Part shown: positions 1 through 8,928 of the stretch, one piece after another
Position numbering within the stretch: position 1 is the first letter of the stretch
Layout: every line of letters starts with the position of its first letter
Origin: Patescibacteria group bacterium
GTDB taxonomy: Bacteria; Patescibacteriota; Minisyncoccia; UBA6257; 2-01-FULL-56-20
Assembly: GCA_024654525.1 (NCBI GenBank)
Contig: JANLHI010000013.1
Coordinates: forward strand, 18,036 to 82,035
Direction: 5' to 3'
DNA length: 64,000 bases
Made by a program: the position numbers and the translations under genes
The notes under the pieces: model-generated
Database searches by the model: none
What the model was told of the DNA's origin: nothing
Seen by the model: only the letters and a program-made list of their open reading frames with translations

Positions 1-98
1 AACACCATCACGCGCAACACGATTCTATCGTGCAGTTGCGCCTTGATTCGACACAAAAAACATGGAAGGTCTTGTCTGTGGTAGCAGATAAGACCTTT

Positions 99-383
99 TT
101 ATTTTAACCCTTTTCTCTTTCTGAAATATCCAACGAATGTGCCAATGAGTGAGCCGAGGAGGAACCAAATGATTGTTCCCGTAATAAGAAAGATTGTGGT
201 GTTGGCAATTTTGTAAGACCAAAATATAGGCCAAAGTGGTGCCCATGGAGCTGCTAAAAATATACAAATAAGACCGACAACAGATCCACAAAACTCAGTG
301 AGGGCAGCTGATAAAACCGCAACCCCTCCCCCTATCACCCCTCCCCTCAACCAATATGGCCACTTTTTCCAGTTTAAACGCAT
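99..383 (-). CDS. small integral membrane protein (hypothetical)
   Basis: 94-aa ORF with two or three hydrophobic helices. Sits directly downstream of recA on the same strand. Confidence 0.4.
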   Translation of the reverse strand: MRLNWKKWPYWLRGGVIGGGVAVLSAALTEFCGSVVGLICIFLAAPWAPLWPIFWSYKIANTTIFLITGTIIWFLLGSLIGTFVGYFRKRKGLK

Positions 384-399
384 GGTGCGGGATGTTATT

Positions 400-1479
400 T
401 TATTCCGTTTCTTCCTTCCCTCCCCCCGAGGGCGTTCCTCCGGTTTTTTCGAATAAGAGAACTGCCTGCACGGTTTTTGATTTAATTGCGTTTAGAAGCT
501 TTTTATCTTCTTTGAGCTTAAGACGCACTGTTTCAAAACCCGTACCGAGACGTTCTCCTTCAAATGAATAACTTGCACCTGATTTGGTTGCGGTACCGTA
601 TTTTATTGCGGCGTTCAATACATCTGCTTCGTAAGAAATACCTTCGTTATACATAATATCGAACTCTGCGGTGCGGAAAGGAGGCGCTACTTTATTTTTG
701 ACTACTTTTGCTTTTACGCGACTACCCACCACCATTTCTCCTTTTTTTACCTGCGCAATGCGGCGAATATCGAGACGGACGGACGCCGCAAATTTGAGTG
801 CCATGCCTCCCGGCGTGGTTTCTGGGTTGCCGAACATCACGCCGATTTTCATGCGAAGTTGGTTGATGAAGATAACAAGAGTTTGCGTTTGATTCGCAAT
901 CGCGGTGAGTTTGCGAAGCGCTTGCGCCATCATGCGTGCTTGCCGTCCCACATGTTGCGCTCCCATTTCTCCTTCAAGTTCCGCGCGAGGGGTAAGTGCC
1001 GCAACCGAATCCACCACAATCACCGAGATAATTCCCGATCGCACCAGACTTTCCAGAATGTTAAGCGCTTCTTCGCCGTTATCCGGTTGGGAAATAAGAA
1101 GGTCATTTATTTTTACACCGAGCCGCGCGGCATACTCGGGGTCCATTGCATGTTCCGCATCAATAAAAGCAGTTTTCCCTCCTTGCTTTTGCGCTTGCGC
1201 CACCACGTTCAATGCGAGTGTAGTCTTTCCGCTTGATTCCGGTCCATAAATTTCGACAACGCGTCCACGGGGAAGACCTCCCACGCCAAGTGCGAGATCC
1301 AGAGAAAACGAGCCCGTAGGAATCACCGCGACGTCAACCTTGCGTGTTTCGCCAAGTTTCATAATCGCGCCATCGCCGAATTTATCGCGGAGCGTGGAAA
1401 TGAGGTTCTCGAGCTCGCCATTGCTTTCCTTCTCATTTTTCCCTTTCATTTCCTTCTTCTCTTTTGTTGCAGGTGTCAT
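400..1479 (-). CDS. recA: recombinase RecA
   Basis: Translation carries the Walker A motif GPESSGKTT and the canonical RecA core ([34 protein letters not shown]). Length is 359 aa. Confidence 0.95.
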   Translation of the reverse strand: MTPATKEKKEMKGKNEKESNGELENLISTLRDKFGDGAIMKLGETRKVDVAVIPTGSFSLDLALGVGGLPRGRVVEIYGPESSGKTTLALNVVAQAQKQGGKTAFIDAEHAMDPEYAARLGVKINDLLISQPDNGEEALNILESLVRSGIISVIVVDSVAALTPRAELEGEMGAQHVGRQARMMAQALRKLTAIANQTQTLVIFINQLRMKIGVMFGNPETTPGGMALKFAASVRLDIRRIAQVKKGEMVVGSRVKAKVVKNKVAPPFRTAEFDIMYNEGISYEADVLNAAIKYGTATKSGASYSFEGERLGTGFETVRLKLKEDKKLLNAIKSKTVQAVLLFEKTGGTPSGGGKEETE

Positions 1480-1543
1480 AACGATAATTATATCACATCA
1501 AGGAAGAGGAAAAGGGCGGAAATTACCAATCAAAACACTATAC

Positions 1544-1572
1544 TTGACATAATGTCAAATATGATGTATAAT
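1544..1572 (+). promoter_or_regulatory. near-consensus sigma70-type promoter with a palindromic -35 region
   Basis: TTGACA (1544-1549), a 17-nt spacer, then TATAAT (1567-1572). The -35 lies inside the palindrome TTGACATAATGTCAA. Confidence 0.5.
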
Positions 1573-1615
1573 ATAGACACCGTTAGACTCGAACATTACC
1601 AATCAAAAAAAGCTT

Positions 1616-1825
1616 ATGAAAAACTTGATGCATACAATTCTCGCTCCCTCACCAACCTTTGCTTCCATCCTCTTTTACTTGCTGTGGACGTTTGCGGTTA
1701 CCGCTTTCATTACTTCGGCAAATGCGGAGTTTGGACTTTTGGAAAGACTGGTCTGTGGGGTAGTCGGTCTCTTCGCAGCCGTTGTGTTGGCAAGCGACGG
1801 GATGCGGCGCAGTTGTCAGCAATGA
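1616..1825 (+). CDS. small hydrophobic protein (hypothetical, 69 aa)
   Basis: ORF sits between the consensus promoter and a hairpin terminator. Two predicted TM helices. No clear RBS. Confidence 0.35.
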   Translation: MKNLMHTILAPSPTFASILFYLLWTFAVTAFITSANAEFGLLERLVCGVVGLFAAVVLASDGMRRSCQQ

Positions 1826-1847
1826 GGAATGAATCAATCAAAAAAAG

Positions 1848-1878
1848 GCGACTCACATAACGAGTCGCTTTTTTCATT
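1848..1878. terminator. rho-independent terminator hairpin
   Basis: GCGACTC-acataac-GAGTCGC stem followed by TTTTTTCATTTTTT. An A-run lies upstream, so it may act bidirectionally. Confidence 0.55.
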
Positions 1879-1921
1879 TTTTTAATGCGTCGGGGGCAAT
1901 GGATATGATATACTTTTATTA

Positions 1922-2746
1922 ATGGTGAAGAACGTATTTTTTTGGCGAAATATAATTTTTCTTCTTGGTGTCGTGTTTGCGGTGGCGATAGTTTCTACTT
2001 CTTATGGTAAAGGAGGTCTTGTCAATGATCCTCCCTCGGTACATCGAAAACAAGTTGTCCAAAATCCCATGGGAGGCACAAGTACTCCCACGCAAACGCA
2101 GATCAGTAGCGCAAGTTGTCCCGATGGTTCCGTGATGGTGGGATTTAACCTGGAAAATATGGGAAGTAATTTTTCTCAGTTTGGAGATGTGTATTGCCAT
2201 CCTGTAGTGAGTGGCATAACTCTTGGAGAGGTAACCACATGGCGCAAAACCACTGTGGAAAATCCGTGGGGTGGAGATGATTTATCCACTACGCAGTTAA
2301 AGGTTGACGATGCAAGTTGTCCTAGTGGTTCTGTCATAGTGGGTTTTAGTTTGGATAATTTGGGAAGTAATTATTCGCGACAGGCATCGCTTTATTGCCG
2401 TGATGTGAAAGCAGGATCTTCAGAAAAATATTCAAGAACAGTCGCGGAAAATCCATGGGGAGGAACTACGTCGCCGACCAATGAGCAAATAACAAGTGCA
2501 AGTTGTCCTGAAGGATATGCGATTGGCGGTTTTAATCTTATCAACATGGGAAGTAATTACTCAAAGAGTAATGTCCTTTATTGTCGTTCGGTGCCTGGCG
2601 TAATATCGGTAACACCTCCGTCATCCAAAGCGCACACGCCCAAAGTAGATTTTTATATTAGCGCAACAGGAAGCTGTGATAGCAAAGCGAAAACTGCGGA
2701 AATACAAAAAGGCGCCACCGCAAAACTTTGTTGGGATGCAAAATAA
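1922..2746 (+). CDS. secreted/anchored protein with three tandem ~57-aa Cys-pair repeats
   Basis: N-terminal hydrophobic segment. Three repeats of ENPWGG..T....SASCP.GS..GF.L.N.GSN.S......YC are visible in the translation. Confidence 0.6.
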   Translation: MVKNVFFWRNIIFLLGVVFAVAIVSTSYGKGGLVNDPPSVHRKQVVQNPMGGTSTPTQTQISSASCPDGSVMVGFNLENMGSNFSQFGDVYCHPVVSGITLGEVTTWRKTTVENPWGGDDLSTTQLKVDDASCPSGSVIVGFSLDNLGSNYSRQASLYCRDVKAGSSEKYSRTVAENPWGGTTSPTNEQITSASCPEGYAIGGFNLINMGSNYSKSNVLYCRSVPGVISVTPPSSKAHTPKVDFYISATGSCDSKAKTAEIQKGATAKLCWDAK

Positions 2747-2758
2747 AAACGTACACGC

Positions 2759-4543
2759 ATGAGAATAAGCACACACATAAAATTAATCGCATCTCTCGCG
2801 GTGCTTGGTGTGGTGGCGATGATTGTATCTTCTCCTCAAAGCCACGCAGAACAAAATGTGATAATGGATACGCCGGGAAATTATATATGGACGGTTCCCG
2901 AGGGCATCACCAATATAAAAGTAAAAGTGTGGGGTGCGGGGGGAGCCGGAGGAACAGGGTATCAGGGCGATAACAAATATCTTCGCGGTGCCGGCGGTGG
3001 CGGGGGAGGCGGAGGATATGCGGAAGCAACTCTCGAGGTTACCCCCGGCGCAACATATTCCATCATCGTGGGGGAAGGAGGTATTTCGGAAATAGGGAAA
3101 TCAATTCTTATAAAAACAGAAGGAGCAGGCAACAGTGAATTTGGCACGGTGTGGCAGGGACAATCCTATGCGGTAGGTGCGGGTGGTGGCGGCAGTGGAG
3201 CCACGCCGCAGATAGGGACGGTCAATACGGGTTCCTTTCCGGTAAGTGTTCCCGGTCTTGGCTATGGTGGTGTGGCATACGCGCCGGGCGCGGGAAATGG
3301 AGGAAATGCATCGGGCGGAGGAGGCGGAGGATCGGGATATTTTATCGGGTGGGCTCAAGACCAAATTAGTGGTGTTTCAAAAACTGGGGAGCAAGGGAAA
3401 GATGCAATTGCGAGTGCGGCAGGAAAGGGTGGCGACGGCGCAGAAGGTGGCGCAGGGGGCATTGCCGGGAAGGGTGCGGGGGACGCAAGAAATGGAGAGC
3501 TTCCCGGAGGAGGCGGAGGAGGTTCATGGTCGGGTATTACAGACTATAAAAATCAAAAATATGTTCCTGCGGCGAATGGCGCACACGGAAAAGTGGAAAT
3601 TGAGGTACTCTCCGCAGAAGAAGGGATTGCATGTCGTCCCGCAATTGGTTCGGAGTCAGGAGAGTTTCAAGGAAATTTAAATAAAGAAGGGAATGCAACT
3701 ACTGCGCCGCTCAACGCAAGTCAAACATTTACTATTGAGTGTTGGAATACTGCAAATCCCGCAGGAACCAAGGTAACCGAAACGGTAACCGCAACAGTTG
3801 CAATGCCTCCTCCGGAAGAAGTAGTAGCAGTAGTGTCTACCCCTTCAGAAAATCCGTGGGACGGATGGATAAAATTGTCGGGGACGACGAAAGATGGTAA
3901 CTCGTACGGTGTACGGTATGATCCCGAAACCACCCGTTTCTGCGGCTACGCGTGGGGCGGTGAGGTGGTGGGATGGGTGGAATTCGGACCGTTGCCGACA
4001 AGCCAGAGTCCGAAGCAAGAGGAGGGATGTGATCGCACGCCGGTGAAATATGATTGGGTGAGGCTGGGGAATACGATGCCAGTAATGAAACCAGTGGTGA
4101 ATGGAAAGCAGGATCCGCCATATATGATTGATGTTGATAAACAAAAGTTACCTTTCGACATTCAGCCCTATGACGGCCTCCGCACGAGCGAAGCTCCCTA
4201 CCAACTTACCGGCTGGGCATGGTCATCAAATATAGGGTGGATTAGTTTTTCGAATGAAAATCACGCGGGAAGCGTGAACTATGGTGTAAGTATGGAGGTG
4301 AAGGGACCTGATGTTGATAAAGCGTCAGGGCGCGCGCTCACCGGCTGGGCGTGGAGTCCGAACATAGGGTGGGTGAAGTTTGACGAGTCACTAAAAGTGA
4401 GAAGCGAAAGCTATCCAGAAGCTCCTGAAAATGGAGGAGTTCTTAATATCAAAAAAAGTATTCTTGAAGGATGGGCACGTGTGTGCTCGGCAACTGTGAA
4501 TGGAGATTGCGCAAATACTACTGGAGAGTATAGAGGAAATTAA
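2759..4543 (+). CDS. secreted glycine-rich domain protein with C-terminal GWAW repeats
   Basis: Signal peptide. Motif TVPEGITNIKVKVWGAGGAGG...GGGGGGGGY, typical of glycine-rich-domain proteins. Three C-terminal repeats (L/F)(T/C)G(W/Y)AWS.NIGW..F. Confidence 0.7.
   Translation: MRISTHIKLIASLAVLGVVAMIVSSPQSHAEQNVIMDTPGNYIWTVPEGITNIKVKVWGAGGAGGTGYQGDNKYLRGAGGGGGGGGYAEATLEVTPGATYSIIVGEGGISEIGKSILIKTEGAGNSEFGTVWQGQSYAVGAGGGGSGATPQIGTVNTGSFPVSVPGLGYGGVAYAPGAGNGGNASGGGGGGSGYFIGWAQDQISGVSKTGEQGKDAIASAAGKGGDGAEGGAGGIAGKGAGDARNGELPGGGGGGSWSGITDYKNQKYVPAANGAHGKVEIEVLSAEEGIACRPAIGSESGEFQGNLNKEGNATTAPLNASQTFTIECWNTANPAGTKVTETVTATVAMPPPEEVVAVVSTPSENPWDGWIKLSGTTKDGNSYGVRYDPETTRFCGYAWGGEVVGWVEFGPLPTSQSPKQEEGCDRTPVKYDWVRLGNTMPVMKPVVNGKQDPPYMIDVDKQKLPFDIQPYDGLRTSEAPYQLTGWAWSSNIGWISFSNENHAGSVNYGVSMEVKGPDVDKASGRALTGWAWSPNIGWVKFDESLKVRSESYPEAPENGGVLNIKKSILEGWARVCSATVNGDCANTTGEYRGN
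3917..4041 (+). repeat. copy A of a duplicated ~125-nt segment (inside the Gly-rich protein gene)
   Basis: About 85% identical to 6534-6658 by manual alignment. Encodes RYDPETTRFCGYAWGGEVVGWVEFGPLPTSQSPKQEEGCDRTP. Confidence 0.7.
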
Positions 4544-4564
4544 AATAGTATTGACTAGAAATTT

Positions 4565-4600
4565 AAAGACCCTTGCATGAAGCTTGGGTCTTTATTTGTT
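4565..4600. terminator. bidirectional terminator between convergent genes
   Basis: AAAGACCC-ttgcatgaagctt-GGGTCTTT hairpin with T-rich flanks on both strands. Confidence 0.55.
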
Positions 4601-4633
4601 GGGTTGCGTGAAAAATTTGAAACAGATGCAACC

Positions 4634-5761
4634 TTATCTGTTATATCTTGTTCGGAAGAAACTGAGAGGTTTGAGAGCACCATGTACTCCGAGAGTGCCA
4701 CTCTCAACATTAGCATTTGGTCCGAGTGGGACTGACTGCCAGTGTATGAGGTCTTGCGATTGCTCGAATACGACCTCATCTCCTGCTTCTCCTGAAACAA
4801 AGATCTCCGCTGCTGGGTTTTTTCCGTCCCACAGCTGCGGTGTCCATCGGATGGCGGTGATAAGCGGCTCCCTCTCCTCTTGCTCTCCCATGAGCCGTGT
4901 TCCCGTGCGCGCGTCGTACCGTGCTATGATGCCAGTTAAGTTCACGTCATCCCAAAACTCAAGAGTGAGAATCCCGAGGGATTGTTCAAAGATGGGTTTT
5001 GCGGGAAGAGCGAGTACTCCCGCGCCGCTGACGAACACACTGTAAGGCGAGCCTTCAAACTCTGATTTTTTTCCGACGTTGGCCAGCCTAACATTTCGGT
5101 AAGAATAGCCAGGGTTGGAGTCAATGAACTCCGTTCCAGTCCACCATCGAAGGCGAGCGCGTTGGAGTCCGGGGTAACGTACGAATACGCTATTTACGAA
5201 CCCCAGCGAAATATCGCCGAGTACCCATGCTGGAGGAGACCACGTGCCGTCGGTGCCTTGTATAAGTTTGAAGGAGTCCACATTATACCGGAACGCCTGG
5301 TATCCCGTGATCTCGTTTCCCCAATTCACACCGAACCCATAGTCGGCTTTGGGATGCGCCGCGAAGAAAGAGGGTAAGGCAAGGAAGACAGAAAGAATTC
5401 CTTGTTTTACTTCTTCTCCTCTGAAATGAGCGGCGATGAGTTTTCTGGGGAATTCAATCGCTTCCGATTCGCTCCAGTCGCTATCAGCGTTGATCTCAAC
5501 TTCAAACGATAAGTCACGTCCGAACATCCCGACAAGGTCGTATGATATTCCATCTATATCGGTACAACCAAACCCCCACCCCACACTCTTTACCAGCTTC
5601 GCCCCCTCCTTACGAAAGAAAGATTTCCCCTCTTTTCCTACCTTCAGGATTTCGGGAATTTTGGGTTTTTCGAATGTGATTGGTGTGCCGGACGCGAAAG
5701 CCCCGACCAGCGCGTAGGCGAAGAAAAGAATGGCGGTGAATCCGCCAGTCAGAGTTTTCAT
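4634..5761 (-). CDS. secreted protein (hypothetical)
   Basis: 375-aa ORF with an N-terminal signal peptide (MKTLTGGFTAILFFAYALVGAFASG). No motif I can name. Confidence 0.55.
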   Translation of the reverse strand: MKTLTGGFTAILFFAYALVGAFASGTPITFEKPKIPEILKVGKEGKSFFRKEGAKLVKSVGWGFGCTDIDGISYDLVGMFGRDLSFEVEINADSDWSESEAIEFPRKLIAAHFRGEEVKQGILSVFLALPSFFAAHPKADYGFGVNWGNEITGYQAFRYNVDSFKLIQGTDGTWSPPAWVLGDISLGFVNSVFVRYPGLQRARLRWWTGTEFIDSNPGYSYRNVRLANVGKKSEFEGSPYSVFVSGAGVLALPAKPIFEQSLGILTLEFWDDVNLTGIIARYDARTGTRLMGEQEEREPLITAIRWTPQLWDGKNPAAEIFVSGEAGDEVVFEQSQDLIHWQSVPLGPNANVESGTLGVHGALKPLSFFRTRYNR

Positions 5762-6020
5762 TGTAAAATCCTTTCGAATCTATCATTGCAGTCCTTTGCA
5801 GGCACAAGTTTTTTGCCCTTTCATCCGAGAGAACACTTATGCCAATTTACATTGAACTAACCCCAGTATAGCACATAAAATAGGAAAAAGTCAATCCATG
5901 ATTAGACATTGCGGCGTATGGGTTGGAGAGGCGGAAGTACACAGATTGTGCACAGTATAGTCATTAGGACTCAGAGGACGATGATTGATGTTTCGGGCGT
6001 TCCTGTGGTAGGATGTGAAC

Positions 6021-6227
6021 ATGGCAACCGTTACGATCCCGAAACAAATAACTAAGGGCGAAGAGTTGGTGGTGCTTACCCGAAAAGAGTATGAGAAGTT
6101 TCTTGATGCGACAGTTCGAGAAAAAGAGGTCAGTGCCGCCGACATGTTGCGATGGTCACGGGAAGCGAAACAACTAAAGAAGCAAGGCAAGCTGCCGGTT
6201 CTCCGTTCCCTTAAGGATTTGCGGTGA
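6021..6227 (+). CDS. putative antitoxin of a type II TA pair
   Basis: 68-70 aa ORF immediately upstream of a RelE/ParE-like toxin gene, coupled to it by an overlapping stop/RBS. AGGA lies 7 nt upstream of the ATG. Confidence 0.5.
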   Translation: MATVTIPKQITKGEELVVLTRKEYEKFLDATVREKEVSAADMLRWSREAKQLKKQGKLPVLRSLKDLR

Positions 6228-6233
6228 GTGAAT

Positions 6234-6488
6234 ATGAAAATCTACTATCACCCACGGTTTGCGAAATCATATCGTAAGTTGCCGTCGCTTTTGCGCGCGA
6301 AAGCAGAAGCGCGAGAAGCGATATTCAGGAAGAATTCCTTTGACCCGCGACTTGATACGCACAAACTCCACGGCAAACTCAAGCGTCAGTGGAGTTTTTC
6401 TATTGGTTGGAAATATCGCATCCTCTTCGAGTTTGTGGATGATGGTGTTATTTTCCTTGATGTTGATGATCACGAAATTTATGCATAG
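6234..6488 (+). CDS. RelE/ParE-family toxin (YafQ/RelE-like)
   Basis: 84-aa translation with the RelE/ParE pattern HPRF.K.YRKL....AIF..N.FDPRL..HKL.G.....SF.I...YRILFEF.DDGVIFLDV.DH.IY. Confidence 0.7.
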   Translation: MKIYYHPRFAKSYRKLPSLLRAKAEAREAIFRKNSFDPRLDTHKLHGKLKRQWSFSIGWKYRILFEFVDDGVIFLDVDDHEIYA

Positions 6489-6533
6489 TGACAGGAAATG
6501 TAAGGGGACATCCGCCTTCGGCGGGACGCAGTC

Positions 6534-6635
6534 CGCTACGACCCCGAAACCACGCGTTTCTGCAGCTATGCATGGGGTGGTGAAATAGTAGGATGGATTA
6601 AATTCGGACCATTGCCGACAAGTCAGAGTCCCAAA
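6534..6635 (+). pseudogene. degenerate paralogous fragment of the Gly-rich protein C-terminal repeat
   Basis: Encodes RYDPETTRFCSYAWGGEIVGWIKFGPLPTSQSPK followed by a stop. No start codon and stops upstream in frame. About 85% DNA identity to 3917-4041. Confidence 0.6.
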
Positions 6636-6805
6636 TAAGAGGAGGGATGCGACCGAACGCCTTCCAAATAAAGTTCCGTCGCCTCCTTAATGTTTTCAGC
6701 AAGCTTATCAAATGTTTTCGCTTGCGTAACAATGGGGACATCGACCCCCTGCGCGATGTAGTGAATATCTCCTTTTGAGATGGAAAATTGAAGAATGTGT
6801 TTCAT
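6623..6805 (-). CDS. HicB-like (UPF0150) antitoxin-domain protein, probably C-terminally truncated or replaced
   Basis: HicB N-domain pattern (KGD.HYIAQGVDVPIVTQAKTFD.L.ENIKEATELYLEG). The last 13 codons are encoded by the reverse strand of the duplicated fragment. No hicA partner is present. Confidence 0.45.
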   Translation of the reverse strand: MKHILQFSISKGDIHYIAQGVDVPIVTQAKTFDKLAENIKEATELYLEGVRSHPSSYLGL

Positions 6806-6912
6806 GGTACTTTGATTATATTACAGTTATAACATCTGTATATATCAAAGCTTGTCCAGCTTTTGTTTCAATTTCGATGCTGGAGCAACATGGGCAATGA
6901 GAACCACCGCAT

Positions 6913-7365
6913 TTACCCGCGTATCTTTTTCGCGAGTTCGGCAAGGCGGGAATCGTCCGCGCGGGCGCCATCGTGCGATGAAATATATCCCTCGTATTGC
7001 TCAAAATATTTATTAGAGATGTTGGATTTGATGGGTTTCCAGTCCTTCATTTTTGTGCCGTGCATCGGGAAGAGTTTTGCATGAAGATGATCTACGGCAA
7101 ATCCTTCGAAGATGAGTCCTGTTCTGCCGACGTCGTCAAGCTTCGCATCAAGGAGTTTTGCCACTTTTTTCGCGGCAAGAATAAGCGATGTGAGTACGTC
7201 ATCGGGAACGTCAAAGGCATAGCTCGGATAGTGAGTTTTTGGAATTACCACAGAAAACCCCTCGGTGTTTGGAAAAATAGTGAGGAATGCAAGGTGTGTA
7301 GCATCTTCCCAAATTGTGTGCGATGGTAATTTTTTAGAAACGATATCGCAAAAGAGGCAGGACAT
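6913..7365 (-). CDS. HIT-family (histidine triad) nucleotide hydrolase
   Basis: N-terminal CLFCDI and the histidine-triad motif VDHLHAKLFP in the translation. Confidence 0.8.
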   Translation of the reverse strand: MSCLFCDIVSKKLPSHTIWEDATHLAFLTIFPNTEGFSVVIPKTHYPSYAFDVPDDVLTSLILAAKKVAKLLDAKLDDVGRTGLIFEGFAVDHLHAKLFPMHGTKMKDWKPIKSNISNKYFEQYEGYISSHDGARADDSRLAELAKKIRG

Positions 7366-7451
7366 AGTAAATATAAGAATAGTATACGTGTAGAGACAAC
7401 GGGGGACAACTCCCCCTTTTTGAGGGAAAGAATGTGATATAATTACTACAA

Positions 7452-8003
7452 ATGAGAAGGAATTTTATGAATAGATTTGATATTTCCAAAAAAATAAAAT
7501 TAAGTAAGCATGTTCGGTGGATTGGAGGTGGAATACTTATGGCGTGTGCCGTAGTGGTATTCGCAGTGATGAATTTTCAATATGAGGCGCAAGCGCAGAG
7601 TGCGATTGCAAATAGCGGAAGGCAAGTGAGATATCCGTTTGGGACTTCGAAAGTAACCCTCAATTGGGCGACATGGGGGAGCGGTGAGTTCGCTCGCGCA
7701 TTCCGAAAGTGCAGGGTAACCGTGAATGCTACGGATTCAAAAAACAAAGGAGGAGTTGCCACGTCAACATTATGCAATACCGATCCAGAGGGGTTTCCGG
7801 TGTCGGTGACTAATGGAGCTGAATACAAAGCAACAATCAATGTAGAATCAATAATCCCGGGAGCGGTCAGTGTGGGGGGCGCACCGCTTGTCACGAATGA
7901 TAATATTGCCTTTATTATTGATGATAAGCCCGAGGGTGCGACGTCAACGCCCGCGTTACCAAAGCCACCGGAACGTCCCGCGCCGAACTATAGAGAGCTT
8001 TAG
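7452..8003 (+). CDS. secreted or membrane-anchored hypothetical protein
   Basis: 183-aa ORF with an N-terminal TM/signal segment. Confidence 0.45.
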   Translation: MRRNFMNRFDISKKIKLSKHVRWIGGGILMACAVVVFAVMNFQYEAQAQSAIANSGRQVRYPFGTSKVTLNWATWGSGEFARAFRKCRVTVNATDSKNKGGVATSTLCNTDPEGFPVSVTNGAEYKATINVESIIPGAVSVGGAPLVTNDNIAFIIDDKPEGATSTPALPKPPERPAPNYREL

Positions 8004-8044
8004 AAAGTTGAAGGATAGAAAAATAGAATATAATAAAAATATCA

Positions 8045-8311
8045 ATGGAGAACGAGACGCAGAACAATGTAATCAAGCAGAACACATGGGTGATTATTGG
8101 TGTTGCAGTATTCATTGTAATCGTGGCAGGGGTGAGTCTCCGTTCATTTTTTAATCGTCCGCAAGAAGAAACAATACCGGGTCTTACCGCGGGACAAGTG
8201 GCAACACTCAACGCGCTTGCGGCTCGGGCGGAAGCGAAAAAAGTTCACGCAGGAAAATTGCCGACATTGACACAATCGCAATCGCAAACGCTTAACGATC
8301 TTTCAAATTAA
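8045..8311 (+). CDS. small membrane protein (hypothetical)
   Basis: 88-aa ORF with a single TM helix. Confidence 0.4.
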   Translation: MENETQNNVIKQNTWVIIGVAVFIVIVAGVSLRSFFNRPQEETIPGLTAGQVATLNALAARAEAKKVHAGKLPTLTQSQSQTLNDLSN

Positions 8312-8314
8312 TTA

Positions 8315-8905
8315 ATGAAAAAAGAAAAAAACAATATTGCATTTCTTGTGGTAGCGGTGGTCGCGCTTTTTGCGGGGTGGAATACATCGTCTCTTTTTGC
8401 ATGGGATAAGCCGACATTGCCACCAACAAGCGGAAATACTTCCGCACCTATTCACGAGGGATCGTTGGTGCAAGCCAAGTCGGGGAAGTTGATTGTAGGA
8501 GGTCTTGGAATTCATTCGTGGCAATTTATTCCTTCGAGCGATTGCCTTTCTCTTGGTGGTGCGCAAGCGTGGTCGCGAACGGGTGTATCTGTCGGATCGG
8601 GAACATGCCCCGCGGCGGGTACCGCATTTTCCGTTGAAGGAGGCCTCCTTATTGAAGGAGGAGATATGGGGGATGTACTTACCAACGTCGGCGATGGCGT
8701 GGTGCAGTGGAAAAAGTTTGTTGCACCGATTGTGAAAATCATCGCAGGTTCGAACACGCGCATCACTCCCGAAGCGGGTACCGGGGATGTGACAATAAAT
8801 GCCATTATGCCCTCAATGCCTTCGGTTCCAAGCTGGGTTACTAATCGTTCGGGGGGGGTTCCTCATGCAGACGCACAAGGGAATGTATCATGGGGATCAT
8901 TATAA
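8315..8905 (+). CDS. secreted protein, short paralog of the next gene
   Basis: N-terminal hydrophobic anchor. Shares the GDVLTN.GDGV..W.K.VAP and PS.P.VP.WV.....GV...D..GNVSW blocks with 8929-9888. Confidence 0.55.
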   Translation: MKKEKNNIAFLVVAVVALFAGWNTSSLFAWDKPTLPPTSGNTSAPIHEGSLVQAKSGKLIVGGLGIHSWQFIPSSDCLSLGGAQAWSRTGVSVGSGTCPAAGTAFSVEGGLLIEGGDMGDVLTNVGDGVVQWKKFVAPIVKIIAGSNTRITPEAGTGDVTINAIMPSMPSVPSWVTNRSGGVPHADAQGNVSWGSL

Positions 8906-8928
8906 AAAATGATATACTATAACTATTC

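Noticed and set aside
6259-6588. 109-aa ORF overlapping the RelE toxin gene in another frame.
   Set aside because: It overlaps a well-supported toxin gene and runs into the decayed fragment. Arg/Ser-rich composition. A frame artefact.
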